From the NCBI GenBank assembly GCA_029856125.1, contig JAHQWJ010000147.1, forward strand, positions 12,509 to 76,508: DNA of 64,000 nt, read 5' to 3'. The notes under the pieces were generated by a model. That model was not told the DNA's origin, did not search any database, and was given only the letters and a program-made list of their open reading frames with translations. This DNA comes from Promethearchaeia archaeon. GTDB taxonomy: Archaea; Asgardarchaeota; Lokiarchaeia; Sigyniarchaeales; SOKP01. Shown here one piece after another: positions 30,379-44,002 of the stretch. The translations under genes were made by a program, and so were the position numbers. Numbering within the stretch: position 1 is the first letter of the stretch; every line of letters begins with the position of its first letter.

Positions 30379-31518
30379 TTAGGATTTTTTTTCTACTGAA
30401 TCTTGTTCTTGCTCTTTGTTATACTCTTCTACTTTTTGCATAACGGATTCCGCAGGTGTCTGAGGTATAGGCATTTTCTCATACACTTCAATGAACTTGA
30501 CATCTTCAATTTCATCACCCATATGAGTCTGTAAATCCATAGCTAAACCGAATTTAAGATATGTAAGGTTTTGAAACAAGAGCATTTTAGGAACAGTAAT
30601 TTCTAGAGTTTTGTCCTTCAAAAGATTTACGATAAATTCAGATGCGTTTTCTTTAGGAATTCCCTTTGAAATCATAAAGTAATCGATTTTTTCGTTAAAT
30701 GATTCGATCTTATCTACTATCTCAAGGTTATAATCTATTGATTGTCCTGCTAGAGGGTGATTGTAATCAATAATTACTTTGCCTTGAAGAATATTTGAAA
30801 TAACACCTCTCTGTCCTTTTTTATTTGTAAAGTCTTGACCGTATTCTGGGTTTTTTCCATCGTTTAATTTTCTAAATTTAGCTATGCCAATTCTTTCAAT
30901 TTTTTGAGGATCCCTTTTACCAAAGGCTTTAGTAGGGGGAATCTTTACAGATTTTTTTTGAAAGTAGTTCATATCTTTTACAGTTTCAGTTAAACCTTCA
31001 TTTAAAAATCCCGGTTTTCCAATTATTACAAATTCCGGAGTGTAATACCCTTGTTGAGCTTTTTCCTCCTCATACATTCCTGCTTTTTTTGCATCTTCTT
31101 CAGAAGATACTCTAAAAATCTTTCCTTTTTGCGTCCTTGCTGTCATCTTAAGTAAAACAAAATCGCCTTCTTCTGCCTTTTTGCCTTCTAACTTCGCTTT
31201 CTTCTCTTCTAGCTTTTTAGCTTCTTCTTCAAGCTTTTTGGTTTCTTCTTCTTCCTTTTTTGCTTTCTCTACGTCCTCTGAGGGTTGTTCAAGAACTGAA
31301 TCATCGCTTTCTATAGTAGACTCTTTTGATTCACTTAATAATTCTTTAGCGTTGCTTACGAATTTTTCAGCTGTAGCTTTTCCAATGCCTTTTAATTGCG
31401 TTAAATCTTCCACACTTGCGTTAGCTAACTTCTCTACGGATTCAATACCCGCTTCAATCAGCACATCTTTTTTTTTACCTACGCCTTTCACATCTTCTAA
31501 ATTCATAGAAAATACCAT
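30379..31518 (-). CDS. FKBP/SlyD-type PPIase with N-terminal helix-hairpin-helix domain
   Basis: LEDVKGVG/LTQLKGIG HhH, charged linker, IPPTKAFGKRDP and IDYNHPLAG FKBP motifs. Confidence 0.88.
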   Translation of the reverse strand: MVFSMNLEDVKGVGKKKDVLIEAGIESVEKLANASVEDLTQLKGIGKATAEKFVSNAKELLSESKESTIESDDSVLEQPSEDVEKAKKEEEETKKLEEEAKKLEEKKAKLEGKKAEEGDFVLLKMTARTQKGKIFRVSSEEDAKKAGMYEEEKAQQGYYTPEFVIIGKPGFLNEGLTETVKDMNYFQKKSVKIPPTKAFGKRDPQKIERIGIAKFRKLNDGKNPEYGQDFTNKKGQRGVISNILQGKVIIDYNHPLAGQSIDYNLEIVDKIESFNEKIDYFMISKGIPKENASEFIVNLLKDKTLEITVPKMLLFQNLTYLKFGLAMDLQTHMGDEIEDVKFIEVYEKMPIPQTPAESVMQKVEEYNKEQEQDSVEKKS

Positions 31519-31588
31519 TAAATATAATTAGTTAAATTGTTGCTAGTAGGATTTAGGAATTAATCATTCCTTATTATTTTTTCTAAAA

Positions 31589-32701
31589 CTAAGAGACTGG
31601 CTCATACAAGATTCCTAAATCGTCAGCATAATTTTTCGCTTCGTGAATTTCTCCCATTGATGGCCTACGATTTATCTCAGGATATTCAGAGGACTTCCAT
31701 TGTGGTCTATATTGAGCCATCAGGTTCACTACAGCCTTCGGAAGATCTTTAGCTACAAAATCTAATATGGGTTTAGAACAACATTCTATGTGATTGGGCA
31801 TAATTAAGTGTCGGATTATAATTTCTCCACTTCCCTCATCGTGGATTCTTTTGTGATTTCTGGCAATGACATCAAAGTAATTATCAATACCAGAGTATTT
31901 TTTTCCACATGTATTATTTCCATACTTCCAGTCTGGCAACCAGAAATCCATGAAATCTATAATTAATGATAAGGATTTGTTAGTCAAGAAAAAGTTCGAA
32001 TTCCAAAGTTGAGTTATGTTTGAGGTTTGATATTGTAAGCTACCAACAATAGTATGGATGTTTGGAATAGGATCTCCTCCTACATAGTTGATATTAATCG
32101 CACCTTTCTCAACTAATCTGTCTGCAAGAGCTGCTAATTGTTTTACATCAACTTTTTGAGCAACATCCTCAATTTTTTTCGTGTTTTTCCATGACTGAGA
32201 TATATCGTAGTTTTGGCAGAAAACACACCCAAAATTGCATCCTTGGAAAAATATTGTACCACTGGGTATTAGTGGAGCTTCTTCCCCAGAATGAAGAAAA
32301 GCAGATGATACATAAGAATCCTTAGAAAGATAGCAAAAACCAGTTTCACCTTTAATACGATTAACTTTGCATTGTCTTTCGCAGAAAATGCAGTTCTCAA
32401 GATATTTATTTGCTAATTCTTCTGCCAGATTAATAAAATTTTTAGAAACTATACTACGTTTCTTTTGTTCTTCAGTAGATTTTTTTAATACTTCTTTAAA
32501 TTCAAGAGATTTTTCTGCTAACAAATTCTCTAAGTTTTTAATGGATTCATTAGTATCAAAGTCACATTCTATGCTTTTTGCGATTAGATACCGAGCAATT
32601 TCTTTATCATCAATGATACTTCTGTATCTGGCAAATCGTTTGCGAATTATCTCATTTTTCCAAACCAAAGCTGAGTCTGGCCGAAGAATTCTAAAAACCA
32701 T
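31589..32701 (-). CDS. PflX-like radical SAM protein
   Basis: CIFCERQCKVNR, GEE..L.PSGTIFF.GCNFGCVFCQN, IIRHLIMP, MAQYRP. Confidence 0.88.
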   Translation of the reverse strand: MVFRILRPDSALVWKNEIIRKRFARYRSIIDDKEIARYLIAKSIECDFDTNESIKNLENLLAEKSLEFKEVLKKSTEEQKKRSIVSKNFINLAEELANKYLENCIFCERQCKVNRIKGETGFCYLSKDSYVSSAFLHSGEEAPLIPSGTIFFQGCNFGCVFCQNYDISQSWKNTKKIEDVAQKVDVKQLAALADRLVEKGAININYVGGDPIPNIHTIVGSLQYQTSNITQLWNSNFFLTNKSLSLIIDFMDFWLPDWKYGNNTCGKKYSGIDNYFDVIARNHKRIHDEGSGEIIIRHLIMPNHIECCSKPILDFVAKDLPKAVVNLMAQYRPQWKSSEYPEINRRPSMGEIHEAKNYADDLGILYEPVS

Positions 32702-32763
32702 TTTGGTTTTCGCTCTTTTTTGCCTTAATTATGGTTAACTGCATAAAAATAGTGAGAATAACG

Positions 32764-33495
32764 CTATATATCAAAACTAAGCCATTTAATAATGTTAGAT
32801 AGAAATGGTATGTTATCTCCTGCGTCTAATCCAAAATCATCTTCAATAAGCCAATCAGATGAACCAATAGTTACACATCTTCCACTGAAAAAATTGCTAA
32901 CGACACAGATAGGGACAGTACCAATACTTCCCATGTCATCGTCAGCAAGATATTTAAACTCTGCTTTTTCTGAAGTCACTATAATATCTTCAACATCTTC
33001 TTCAGTTATTGTAAAAAATGTACAGTTAGGGAGTACGACTTCAGTTATACCCTGAGTGATCGGATGGACAAACAGGTCATTTACTAACACATTTTGTTTA
33101 TTTACTAAAAAATGTGATGACGCTTCTTGTATAACCCCATTCCAATATCTTCGCACTCCAGTCATTTTATATAATACTCTGAGGGACCCCATCTTCATTG
33201 GAACGTCTTGATCTCCTCCAGCTCCAGTAGTTATAAAAAGTCCCCCGCCGTCTCCAACATACCGCTTAATTGCTAATAATTCATCTTTAGTGAATTTATC
33301 TTCTTTGCCATCCTTAGTATGTTGGATATTTCCCAGAAATAAAACATCGTAATCTTCAAGTAAATCGTAGTCAATAGGACCTTCATTCTTGTCTATGTAT
33401 TCGACCTCAAACTCATCATCACCCATAGAAAATTCGGGAAATTCCTCTATTTTTTCTCGATGTGATAAATCCACTATGACACTGTAAGGGCTCAT
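32764..33495 (-). CDS. Stand-alone GIFT (GldG/IFT52-like) domain protein
   Basis: DLSHRE, KFTKDELLAIKRYVGDGGGLFITTG, HPITQG, GRCVTIGS, DNIPFLSNIIKWL; no signal peptide or TM helix. Confidence 0.6.
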   Translation of the reverse strand: MSPYSVIVDLSHREKIEEFPEFSMGDDEFEVEYIDKNEGPIDYDLLEDYDVLFLGNIQHTKDGKEDKFTKDELLAIKRYVGDGGGLFITTGAGGDQDVPMKMGSLRVLYKMTGVRRYWNGVIQEASSHFLVNKQNVLVNDLFVHPITQGITEVVLPNCTFFTITEEDVEDIIVTSEKAEFKYLADDDMGSIGTVPICVVSNFFSGRCVTIGSSDWLIEDDFGLDAGDNIPFLSNIIKWLSFDI

Positions 33496-33911
33496 TTTAA
33501 ACCGACTCCAAGGCTATTTTGAAGTAAATTCTAATTTGTTCTAAGTGTAAATTCTATTATCTAAAATAATATAATTTTTATTTTTAAAGATATGGTATTA
33601 TTATTAAAGGTTTCTAAATCGGAATACTGCTAACGCAAAGTTTAAATATTTAGAGGAGAAAATATAAAGGATCAAAAAAATAAAGCACATTTATATTCGC
33701 ATACTTCTTCTCCGTGTAAATTTTCCGCGAATAAAATTTTAAGGAATTTAAATGAATTAAACCTCTTCAAAATTCAAGAATTACATCCTATAAATTCTAA
33801 CTGCAAAATTGTGTGTAGATGTATCAAAGTAATATTAGGATCAGTTTAATGAATTATAATCAATTTTAAAAAATAGTGGACAAATAGAACTAGAAATATT
33901 GAAATATTTGA

Positions 33912-34616
33912 TTATATGGAAATAAAATCTCGTTCTGCAGGGCCATCTTTTTTGATGATTGCGATGTCTATTCCATTTCCTGAAGCCATATCTCTTATGA
34001 TACTTGAAGTGACTGCTTTTATAATTATTTCTTTTCCTGCACTAATCGATAAGTTATCTTTATACTTTGCTTCGAGCACACCATAAGAGAAATTTTGACC
34101 ACTACCTACAGCACAGAATTTATCAGGTAAAATGGAACCATATGCTCCAAGATTTAGAAGTACTGGGCCTTCTTCTTCAGTTGCCCCTCCTAAAATGAGA
34201 CCTACTTGAAACGGATACATTTTATTTTGATAGAGGATATTAGATAACATTTTTCCAGCACTTTTTATTTTAATTGGTGCTTCTTCCTTTAGTTGGTACA
34301 ATGCAGTTTCAGCCCGGAGAACATCGACCAGATACATTGCGTCAGCCACCCCTCCAGCAATAGTCATGTATAAGTGTTCTTGGATTTTATGTAATTTTTC
34401 AGCAGTTTTACTCGCTACAAAGTAACTCATTGTAGCCCTCCTATCCGTACCTAAGATTACAGCGTCCTTGCACACTAGACCTACCGTAGTTGTCCCCGTT
34501 TTTAATGTTTGACTATTTCTTTGCGTAGATTGTTTGTTATCGCTGCTTATGGAATCTCGTAAAAAAATAGATTCAGATGGTTTAACTAAATCTTCTTTTC
34601 TCATAATTAATATCAT
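33912..34616 (-). CDS. psmB: Proteasome beta subunit
   Basis: Propeptide followed by KTG/TTTVGL, DRRAT, AGGVAD, GSG, RDMASGNG. Confidence 0.95.
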   Translation of the reverse strand: MILIMRKEDLVKPSESIFLRDSISSDNKQSTQRNSQTLKTGTTTVGLVCKDAVILGTDRRATMSYFVASKTAEKLHKIQEHLYMTIAGGVADAMYLVDVLRAETALYQLKEEAPIKIKSAGKMLSNILYQNKMYPFQVGLILGGATEEEGPVLLNLGAYGSILPDKFCAVGSGQNFSYGVLEAKYKDNLSISAGKEIIIKAVTSSIIRDMASGNGIDIAIIKKDGPAERDFISI

Positions 34617-34711
34617 TAAAAGACTCTTGTCTTAATAATTTTTTTTTAATTTTTTATAAATATATTGTGTTCTTAGGAGAAGAATCAAAGATTATCTAAT
34701 GATTTAATATG

Positions 34712-35044
34712 CTAGACTTTTAGATTCTCAAGGGATTCTATACCCCATAGGTATTTTTTGAGGTCAATTTTGTTTGTAGGGCTTATTTCAACACCTTCTT
34801 TTTCAAGCAAAATTTTTTGATAATCTTGCCCGTCTTGTGATTTCAAGGCAATTTTACCTTGTGAATTTATAACCCGGTGCCATGGTAAATTATATTTTTT
34901 TGTGGATGAATGTAACAACCATGAAACTTGTCTTGCTCCATTGGGATTACCAGCCAATTTTGCAATCCTACCGTAAGTGAATACTTTACCTTCAGGGATA
35001 TTTTGTATTAATAAAATCACATTTTGAGTAAAATCAGTAGGGAT
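34712..35044 (-). CDS. Alkyltransferase-like (ATL) protein
   Basis: IPEGKVFTYG, ARQV, PWHRV (Trp in place of the catalytic Cys). The ORF-track start is GTG 35020; the frame is open to ATC 35044, just after an AGGTGA SD. Confidence 0.85.
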   Translation of the reverse strand: MPTDFTQNVILLIQNIPEGKVFTYGRIAKLAGNPNGARQVSWLLHSSTKKYNLPWHRVINSQGKIALKSQDGQDYQKILLEKEGVEISPTNKIDLKKYLWGIESLENLKV

Positions 35045-35194
35045 TTTAATTCACCTTAAGAAGTTCATAAGTTTTCTTTAATACAATTTATTTAGAAGAA
35101 TAGACGCCTAATTATAAAATTTTATGAATAAAGCACAAATGGTATTTCTTACTTTTTTATCAGTTTAGAAAATATAGGAGATAATTTTAACTAG

Positions 35195-38395
<3,201 letters not shown>

Positions 38396-38412
38396 GAATA
38401 GAGAGTATTTCT

Positions 38413-39549
38413 TTAATTTGTATAATTTTTTATTTCTTTCAGTTTTCCTCCATCACGAGCAGATTGAGAAGCTTGAATCCCAGACATACAGAAATTGGCC
38501 GCTATTTTAGCGTGTATTGAAGCTTTGGTCCCATTTTTTATTGCTTGAAACCAGTTATCTAAAATACGAGCATTAGCACCAGAATGAAATCCTTCAACTC
38601 GGGAAATTATGCTAGATAATGATTCCTGATCAATTTTTCTAGCTTTTCCTTTTCTACGTTGGGCTTTATTAATTTTATGTCCATCGGCTATAAACAATCG
38701 ACCAGGTTTATCAACTTGAGAGCATTCATAAGTGCCAGTCCGACCTACCACTTGAATCGAAATTCTAGCGGGTTCTCGAGCAAAGACATAAGCGTTAGCA
38801 CACTTAGCTATAGCTGTAGTTTCTGTTCTAAACAACGCAACTTGGAAAGCTTTAGCAGGTTTGCATATTGGATTTCCCTGATACCCACCAATATCGTTAG
38901 CAAAGCTTGTAACTTCGATAAATGGCATTGGATTTTTTAGTCCTCCTAATACAACTTGAGCGGGACCAATGGAATGGGCGTACATCATTGGGTCAAACAA
39001 CTGGTACCATGAATTGACACGAGGAGTATCAACATCTCCAAAACCTTGATCTCTCCATCTATAGGTAACATCATGCAAATATTCTGACTCAGCATATACT
39101 GGCTCACCTATTTTACCTGTTGATGTAAGTTGGGCGGCATATAATACTTCAGGGTAGAAACAATAGTTTTCTCCAAGTTGATAAACTTTTCCAGACACAT
39201 CCTCAGCATTTATGATGCGATTTATATCATCCCCTTTAATAGCCATTGGAACTTCAGAAAAAACATGCAAGTTCGATTCTAGTGCAGCAACAGATTGATC
39301 CACATGATATTGAGGTGGGCTTGCTATAATAATTCCATCAAGTTCTTCAGTGTCTAATAAATCCTCAAAAGTTTTTGCAGTTTTAAATCCCTCAATCTTT
39401 TTGAACATTTCAGTAGCGATTGAATTTGGATCATAACCAGCCACCAATTTAGATTGCCCTTTTAGTAATGGATGGTTTTCTAACTCGGCTTTGATGCTAA
39501 TTGAGTGAAGACCAAAACCAACAATACCAAGATGTATTAGCTTTCCCAT
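38413..39549 (-). CDS. Gfo/Idh/MocA family oxidoreductase
   Basis: GIVGFG, ASPPQYH, HVFSEVP, ESEYLH. Confidence 0.85.
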   Translation of the reverse strand: MGKLIHLGIVGFGLHSISIKAELENHPLLKGQSKLVAGYDPNSIATEMFKKIEGFKTAKTFEDLLDTEELDGIIIASPPQYHVDQSVAALESNLHVFSEVPMAIKGDDINRIINAEDVSGKVYQLGENYCFYPEVLYAAQLTSTGKIGEPVYAESEYLHDVTYRWRDQGFGDVDTPRVNSWYQLFDPMMYAHSIGPAQVVLGGLKNPMPFIEVTSFANDIGGYQGNPICKPAKAFQVALFRTETTAIAKCANAYVFAREPARISIQVVGRTGTYECSQVDKPGRLFIADGHKINKAQRRKGKARKIDQESLSSIISRVEGFHSGANARILDNWFQAIKNGTKASIHAKIAANFCMSGIQASQSARDGGKLKEIKNYTN

Positions 39550-39650
39550 AATTTTAGATAATTCGCGAAAATATTAATAGTTAAGCGTAGCTGACAAATT
39601 TGTAAATTAATATCCTATATGTTTAATTTTTGTAAGGACTTAAACAATTT

Positions 39651-40976
39651 ATGGATAAAAAAATTGTCTTGATAGGAGCAGGCTCTGCTGCATTTGGACC
39701 TCCAACTTTTGTCGATTTAAATTTAAGTAAAGTGTTAGCAGGTTCTACTATTACGCTTGTCGACATAGATACAGAAAAATTACAAATGGTATATGAAGTA
39801 TTATCAGAAGATAATAAAAAAATTGGGAATAAATTCAATATTGAATGTACACCGAATCGAGAAAAAGCTCTTAAAGGAGCAGATTTTGTTATAAATTCTA
39901 CTGAACATGGAGATCGATTTGAGCTACGTTGGCAAGATAATACAATCCCTAGGAAACATGGCTCAACAGAAAGAATGGCTGAAAACGGTGGTCCTGGAGG
40001 ATTTTTCCATAGCGCTCGCCAAATTCCTGAGATTATTAAGATTGCCAAAGATGTAGCGAGAATATGCCCTGACGCATTTTTTATTAATTATAGTAATCCA
40101 ATGTCCCGTATATGCTTAGCTTTAAAAAGAGTAGTGCCTAATCTTAAAATGTTTGGTCTTTGTCATCAAATAGAACTTCTGGTACCTCATCATTTATCGA
40201 AAATTATAAAAAAAGAAATGAAGGATGTTCAAATAATTACTGGAGGTCTAAATCACTTTGCGTTTCTGCTGGGATTAAAAGATTTAAATACTGGAGATAA
40301 CTTACTACCTGTTTTTAACGCAAACTGTCAAAAATATTTTCAAGGTAAGTGGGATCGATTCCACTATGCCGATTTAACCTTCGAGATTTACAAAAGATTT
40401 GGTTGGTTTCCGTACGTAGGTGATAACCACATATGCGAATATCTACAATTTGGTTCTCATTATACAACAGCACAAGATTTAACAGATTGGATTACTAGAA
40501 TGGAACTGGGGAAGAAAGCAATAAATTTTCAACTAAAGTGGCATTATAAGAAATTAAAGAAGGGTAAATATCCTAAAAAGGGTATGCTTATGAGAGAATT
40601 TTCTGGTGAAAGAGCAATCCCCATTATCGAAGCAATCATAGAAGATAGTAATTCGTACGAAATAGCAGTAAACATTCCTAATGACGGCATTATTGAAAAT
40701 CTCCCAAACGATTTAATAATTGAATGTTCTGGTATTGTTAGTAAAGAAGGAATTCGTGGGGTTAATTTGGGTAATATTCCAAAAAATATTGCCGCTCTAT
40801 TAAGAATTGAAGCCTCCATTCAAGATTTATGCGTTGAAGCCATAATGCGGGAATCTAAAGATCTTGCAATTGATTGTCTTGCGATGGATGTTAATTGCGG
40901 TAGCTTTGAGATGGCTGAAGCAATATTTCATGAAATGTGTGAACTTCAAAGAGAATATTTACCTGATTTTAAATAG
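39651..40976 (+). CDS. Family 4 glycoside hydrolase (alpha-galactosidase-like)
   Basis: KIVLIGAGS, ENGGPGG, NYSNP, GLCH, GLNH. Confidence 0.9.
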   Translation: MDKKIVLIGAGSAAFGPPTFVDLNLSKVLAGSTITLVDIDTEKLQMVYEVLSEDNKKIGNKFNIECTPNREKALKGADFVINSTEHGDRFELRWQDNTIPRKHGSTERMAENGGPGGFFHSARQIPEIIKIAKDVARICPDAFFINYSNPMSRICLALKRVVPNLKMFGLCHQIELLVPHHLSKIIKKEMKDVQIITGGLNHFAFLLGLKDLNTGDNLLPVFNANCQKYFQGKWDRFHYADLTFEIYKRFGWFPYVGDNHICEYLQFGSHYTTAQDLTDWITRMELGKKAINFQLKWHYKKLKKGKYPKKGMLMREFSGERAIPIIEAIIEDSNSYEIAVNIPNDGIIENLPNDLIIECSGIVSKEGIRGVNLGNIPKNIAALLRIEASIQDLCVEAIMRESKDLAIDCLAMDVNCGSFEMAEAIFHEMCELQREYLPDFK

Positions 40977-41029
40977 AAGAACGATCTTAACACAAATTTT
41001 AAATCAATATAAAACCAACTTAAAATATT

Positions 41030-41926
41030 ATGAGTAAATTAACACTTATAGAAAAACTTGGATTTGAGACTTCAGATAAAGTCGTAATCTTTCACATTGA
41101 CGACGTTGGTTTTTCCCACTCTTCAAACCTAGCCTCATTTGAATGTTTAGACTTCGGTATTGCTAGTTGTGGTTCTGTAATTGTTCCTGCTCCATGGTTT
41201 TTAGAAGCGGTTTCCATATGTAGGAGTAAGCCTCAGTACGATATTGGTGTGCATCTTACTCTTACTTGTGAATATGATCTATACCGATGGCGCGCATTGA
41301 GTAGCGTGACCCCAGATTCCGGTCTATTTGACTCAGAAAAATCTTTATGGCGAACCACAGAGGAAGCAATTGCAAATGTAAATGCTAAAGCGGCAGAAAT
41401 TGAAATGCGTACTCAAGTTCAAACAGCGCTTGATAGTGGTATTGACATCACACATATAGACACTCATATGGGAACTGTCATGGCTCCTAAATTTCTTCCC
41501 TCCTATTTGAAGATAGCTCGCGAATTTAAAGTTGCTCCATTTTTACCTCGAGTCTCTAGGGAAGATCTTGAAGCTGTAGGTTTAGGAGACGCTGCTGATG
41601 TTTATTTAAAGATGTTTGATAAATTAGAAGAAAGTGGTACTCCTATTCTTGATTCTATGATTATCGATACGATGGGAGATAGTCCAAATAAAACAGATTA
41701 TTATTGTAAAAGGTTTGGCGAAATTAAACCAGGGATAACACATTTTTTGTTTCACGCAGCGAAAATGAGTCCAGAATTGAATGCAATAACTCCCGATTCT
41801 GCAAGTTGGCGAGATCTCGATTATCAGGCATTTACCGATCCAAAAATTAAAGATTGCGTTGAAAAGTACAACTTAAAGATAATTGGGTATAGAGAAATCC
41901 GTGATGTAATTAGAAAAGAATCGTAA
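41030..41926 (+). CDS. ChbG/YdjC family carbohydrate deacetylase
   Basis: HIDDVG, GVHLTL, THIDTHMG. Confidence 0.88.
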   Translation: MSKLTLIEKLGFETSDKVVIFHIDDVGFSHSSNLASFECLDFGIASCGSVIVPAPWFLEAVSICRSKPQYDIGVHLTLTCEYDLYRWRALSSVTPDSGLFDSEKSLWRTTEEAIANVNAKAAEIEMRTQVQTALDSGIDITHIDTHMGTVMAPKFLPSYLKIAREFKVAPFLPRVSREDLEAVGLGDAADVYLKMFDKLEESGTPILDSMIIDTMGDSPNKTDYYCKRFGEIKPGITHFLFHAAKMSPELNAITPDSASWRDLDYQAFTDPKIKDCVEKYNLKIIGYREIRDVIRKES

Positions 41927-41972
41927 TGAATATCGAAGCTATTCCACGATTTCTTTCTAATCTAAATTTTTT

Positions 41973-43958
41973 CTAATTAAAATTTACCCAAATAGGAGAT
42001 GTCCAACCTCTTTCCCCATCAAACTGAGTAGCTCGAGCATAAAAATAAGCAGTATCACATTTATTTAGATCGGTATCTTCAAAAGCAAACTTAATTCGAT
42101 CATTTGTTGGTACTCGAATTGCTACAACATTTCCATTTTTTAGTAATTCTACACTTTCCAGTTTATTGGTACCACAAACGGTAACAATTATTACTGGGGA
42201 TTTATTCACTTCAATATTTTGACCCATCAAAGCAGAATCTATTTTTATTTTCAACCACATTCTCTCTCCAGTAGTCGCATAACACATCCTTTGGTTTAAA
42301 CTCCGAATCAAATTTTTAGAATCTAACTGATTAGAAAATATAGCAGCAATTCCAGGTTTGTATCTTAAAATTGGGACTAAATTTTTCATCTTATATTGTT
42401 TTACTGGGCAACCAGGATGCGAGTAATGATCGTCACCGCCACCTATGAATCCCAATTTAAAACCGTTATTTAAAGCCCAGTTTACGCTTCCTTTTTTCTT
42501 ATTGTTAACTAAAGGTCTATAATTACCTTTCATTGATTCGCTAGAACCATGTGAAGAGTAGATCTCAACAACCTTTTCCATTTCGTTATCAACTTCTGTC
42601 CAGGATGTACCCATTACATAACTTATTGGAGTATGGGAAATTATAGTGCATTCTATATTTTTTAGTGCTTCATATAGTTGATGTTGAAAACATCCCTCTT
42701 TAGAGTAATAATCGACTAAGGGAGCATCTTTAGCGGACTCTAATGGAAATAACATTACCTTATCTGAGATTGATTCGTAAGGACTCTTTGTTTTTGTAGC
42801 ATTAGTAACACAATAATTACGTCCTGACCACTCGTACGCTGGAATTGCTGTAAACTTTTTATCAGTCCAATCAGCACACAAATCTATTAGAGATTCCCAA
42901 ATAACTTTGTTATATGGATATGAGATGCCTTTTCGACCTTCCATAAAAGTATTACTTCTTTGGTTTAAATGATCTCCTAAAGCAGCAAAATCATGAAGTA
43001 CTACGTTTTTTGCGTAGTGAAATGCGTCAGCGCCCGTTCCCATACCATCAGAAAATTCTCTAGTATGTATATGAGTATCCCCCCAGTAAACTTGACTCGA
43101 GATATCCTCGTCCCAAACAATTGGATTTGAAGTTCCAGTAAGATTTCTATTGCTAACATATAACTTCCCAATATTTGATACTATTTCAGAAGATACGGGA
43201 TACAGCGCAAACCCCATATTATATCTTAGTAACCTACTGATTTTTGAATTTGGTTGGACTTCTTCCTTAAATTTCAATGCTTGTTCAATTAACACGTATC
43301 CCTCTCTCAAAGTTGCTTTATTTGGGAAGTCTAGGCAATTATCACCTTGAAGTTCAACTTCTCCATTGAAGGAATAATCTCGATTTCCAAATTTATCTAA
43401 AGCAACGATTTTAACATCCACTGGTTTTCCACGGTAAATTGTAGGGATTTTAATAAGAAAAAAAAAAGCTTTTTCTGAGATCATAGAAATTCTCTTTAAT
43501 CCTATTCTATTGAACACTTTTTCTTTGGGAAGTTTAACATCTATAGCGAAGTAAACTTCATCAATGTAGGCTACATCTCCAGCCGTATTTACGTTCTTCA
43601 ATTTATTATAATTAAACTCAATTGTATCTCCAATGATCATTGGATCGTGCAATATGTATACAACCATTAATGTGGATTTTGTCGCTTTAATCTTCCCTTT
43701 CACAGAGGATTCGATAGAGCAAATTCCATTCTTTAAATTGATTGGTTCCCATCCATAAGGGATTATGAATCTAAATTGAGTACGGCTTGGATAATCTTTT
43801 TTTGCTTTAAGGATTATTTTGATTGGTGTTTTACTGTTGACAACTATTTTTTCATCTATATCAAATGTAATATCATTTACATTATCTAATTTCACTCTAT
43901 AATCGAGATACTCTGAATTATCTTTTGTTAGATCCATTTTTATCAGTTCTTTCGACAA
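41973..43958 (-). CDS. DUF3604/PHP-like metallohydrolase
   Basis: YWGDTHIHT, SDG, DH, YEW, EIYSSHG, GFIGGGDDH, YATTG, WTSPIW. Confidence 0.8.
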   Translation of the reverse strand: MSKELIKMDLTKDNSEYLDYRVKLDNVNDITFDIDEKIVVNSKTPIKIILKAKKDYPSRTQFRFIIPYGWEPINLKNGICSIESSVKGKIKATKSTLMVVYILHDPMIIGDTIEFNYNKLKNVNTAGDVAYIDEVYFAIDVKLPKEKVFNRIGLKRISMISEKAFFFLIKIPTIYRGKPVDVKIVALDKFGNRDYSFNGEVELQGDNCLDFPNKATLREGYVLIEQALKFKEEVQPNSKISRLLRYNMGFALYPVSSEIVSNIGKLYVSNRNLTGTSNPIVWDEDISSQVYWGDTHIHTREFSDGMGTGADAFHYAKNVVLHDFAALGDHLNQRSNTFMEGRKGISYPYNKVIWESLIDLCADWTDKKFTAIPAYEWSGRNYCVTNATKTKSPYESISDKVMLFPLESAKDAPLVDYYSKEGCFQHQLYEALKNIECTIISHTPISYVMGTSWTEVDNEMEKVVEIYSSHGSSESMKGNYRPLVNNKKKGSVNWALNNGFKLGFIGGGDDHYSHPGCPVKQYKMKNLVPILRYKPGIAAIFSNQLDSKNLIRSLNQRMCYATTGERMWLKIKIDSALMGQNIEVNKSPVIIVTVCGTNKLESVELLKNGNVVAIRVPTNDRIKFAFEDTDLNKCDTAYFYARATQFDGERGWTSPIWVNFN

Positions 43959-44002
43959 TTAAGTTTAATTTCAAATCAATTTTAAGGAAACTGAAACGTA
44001 TT

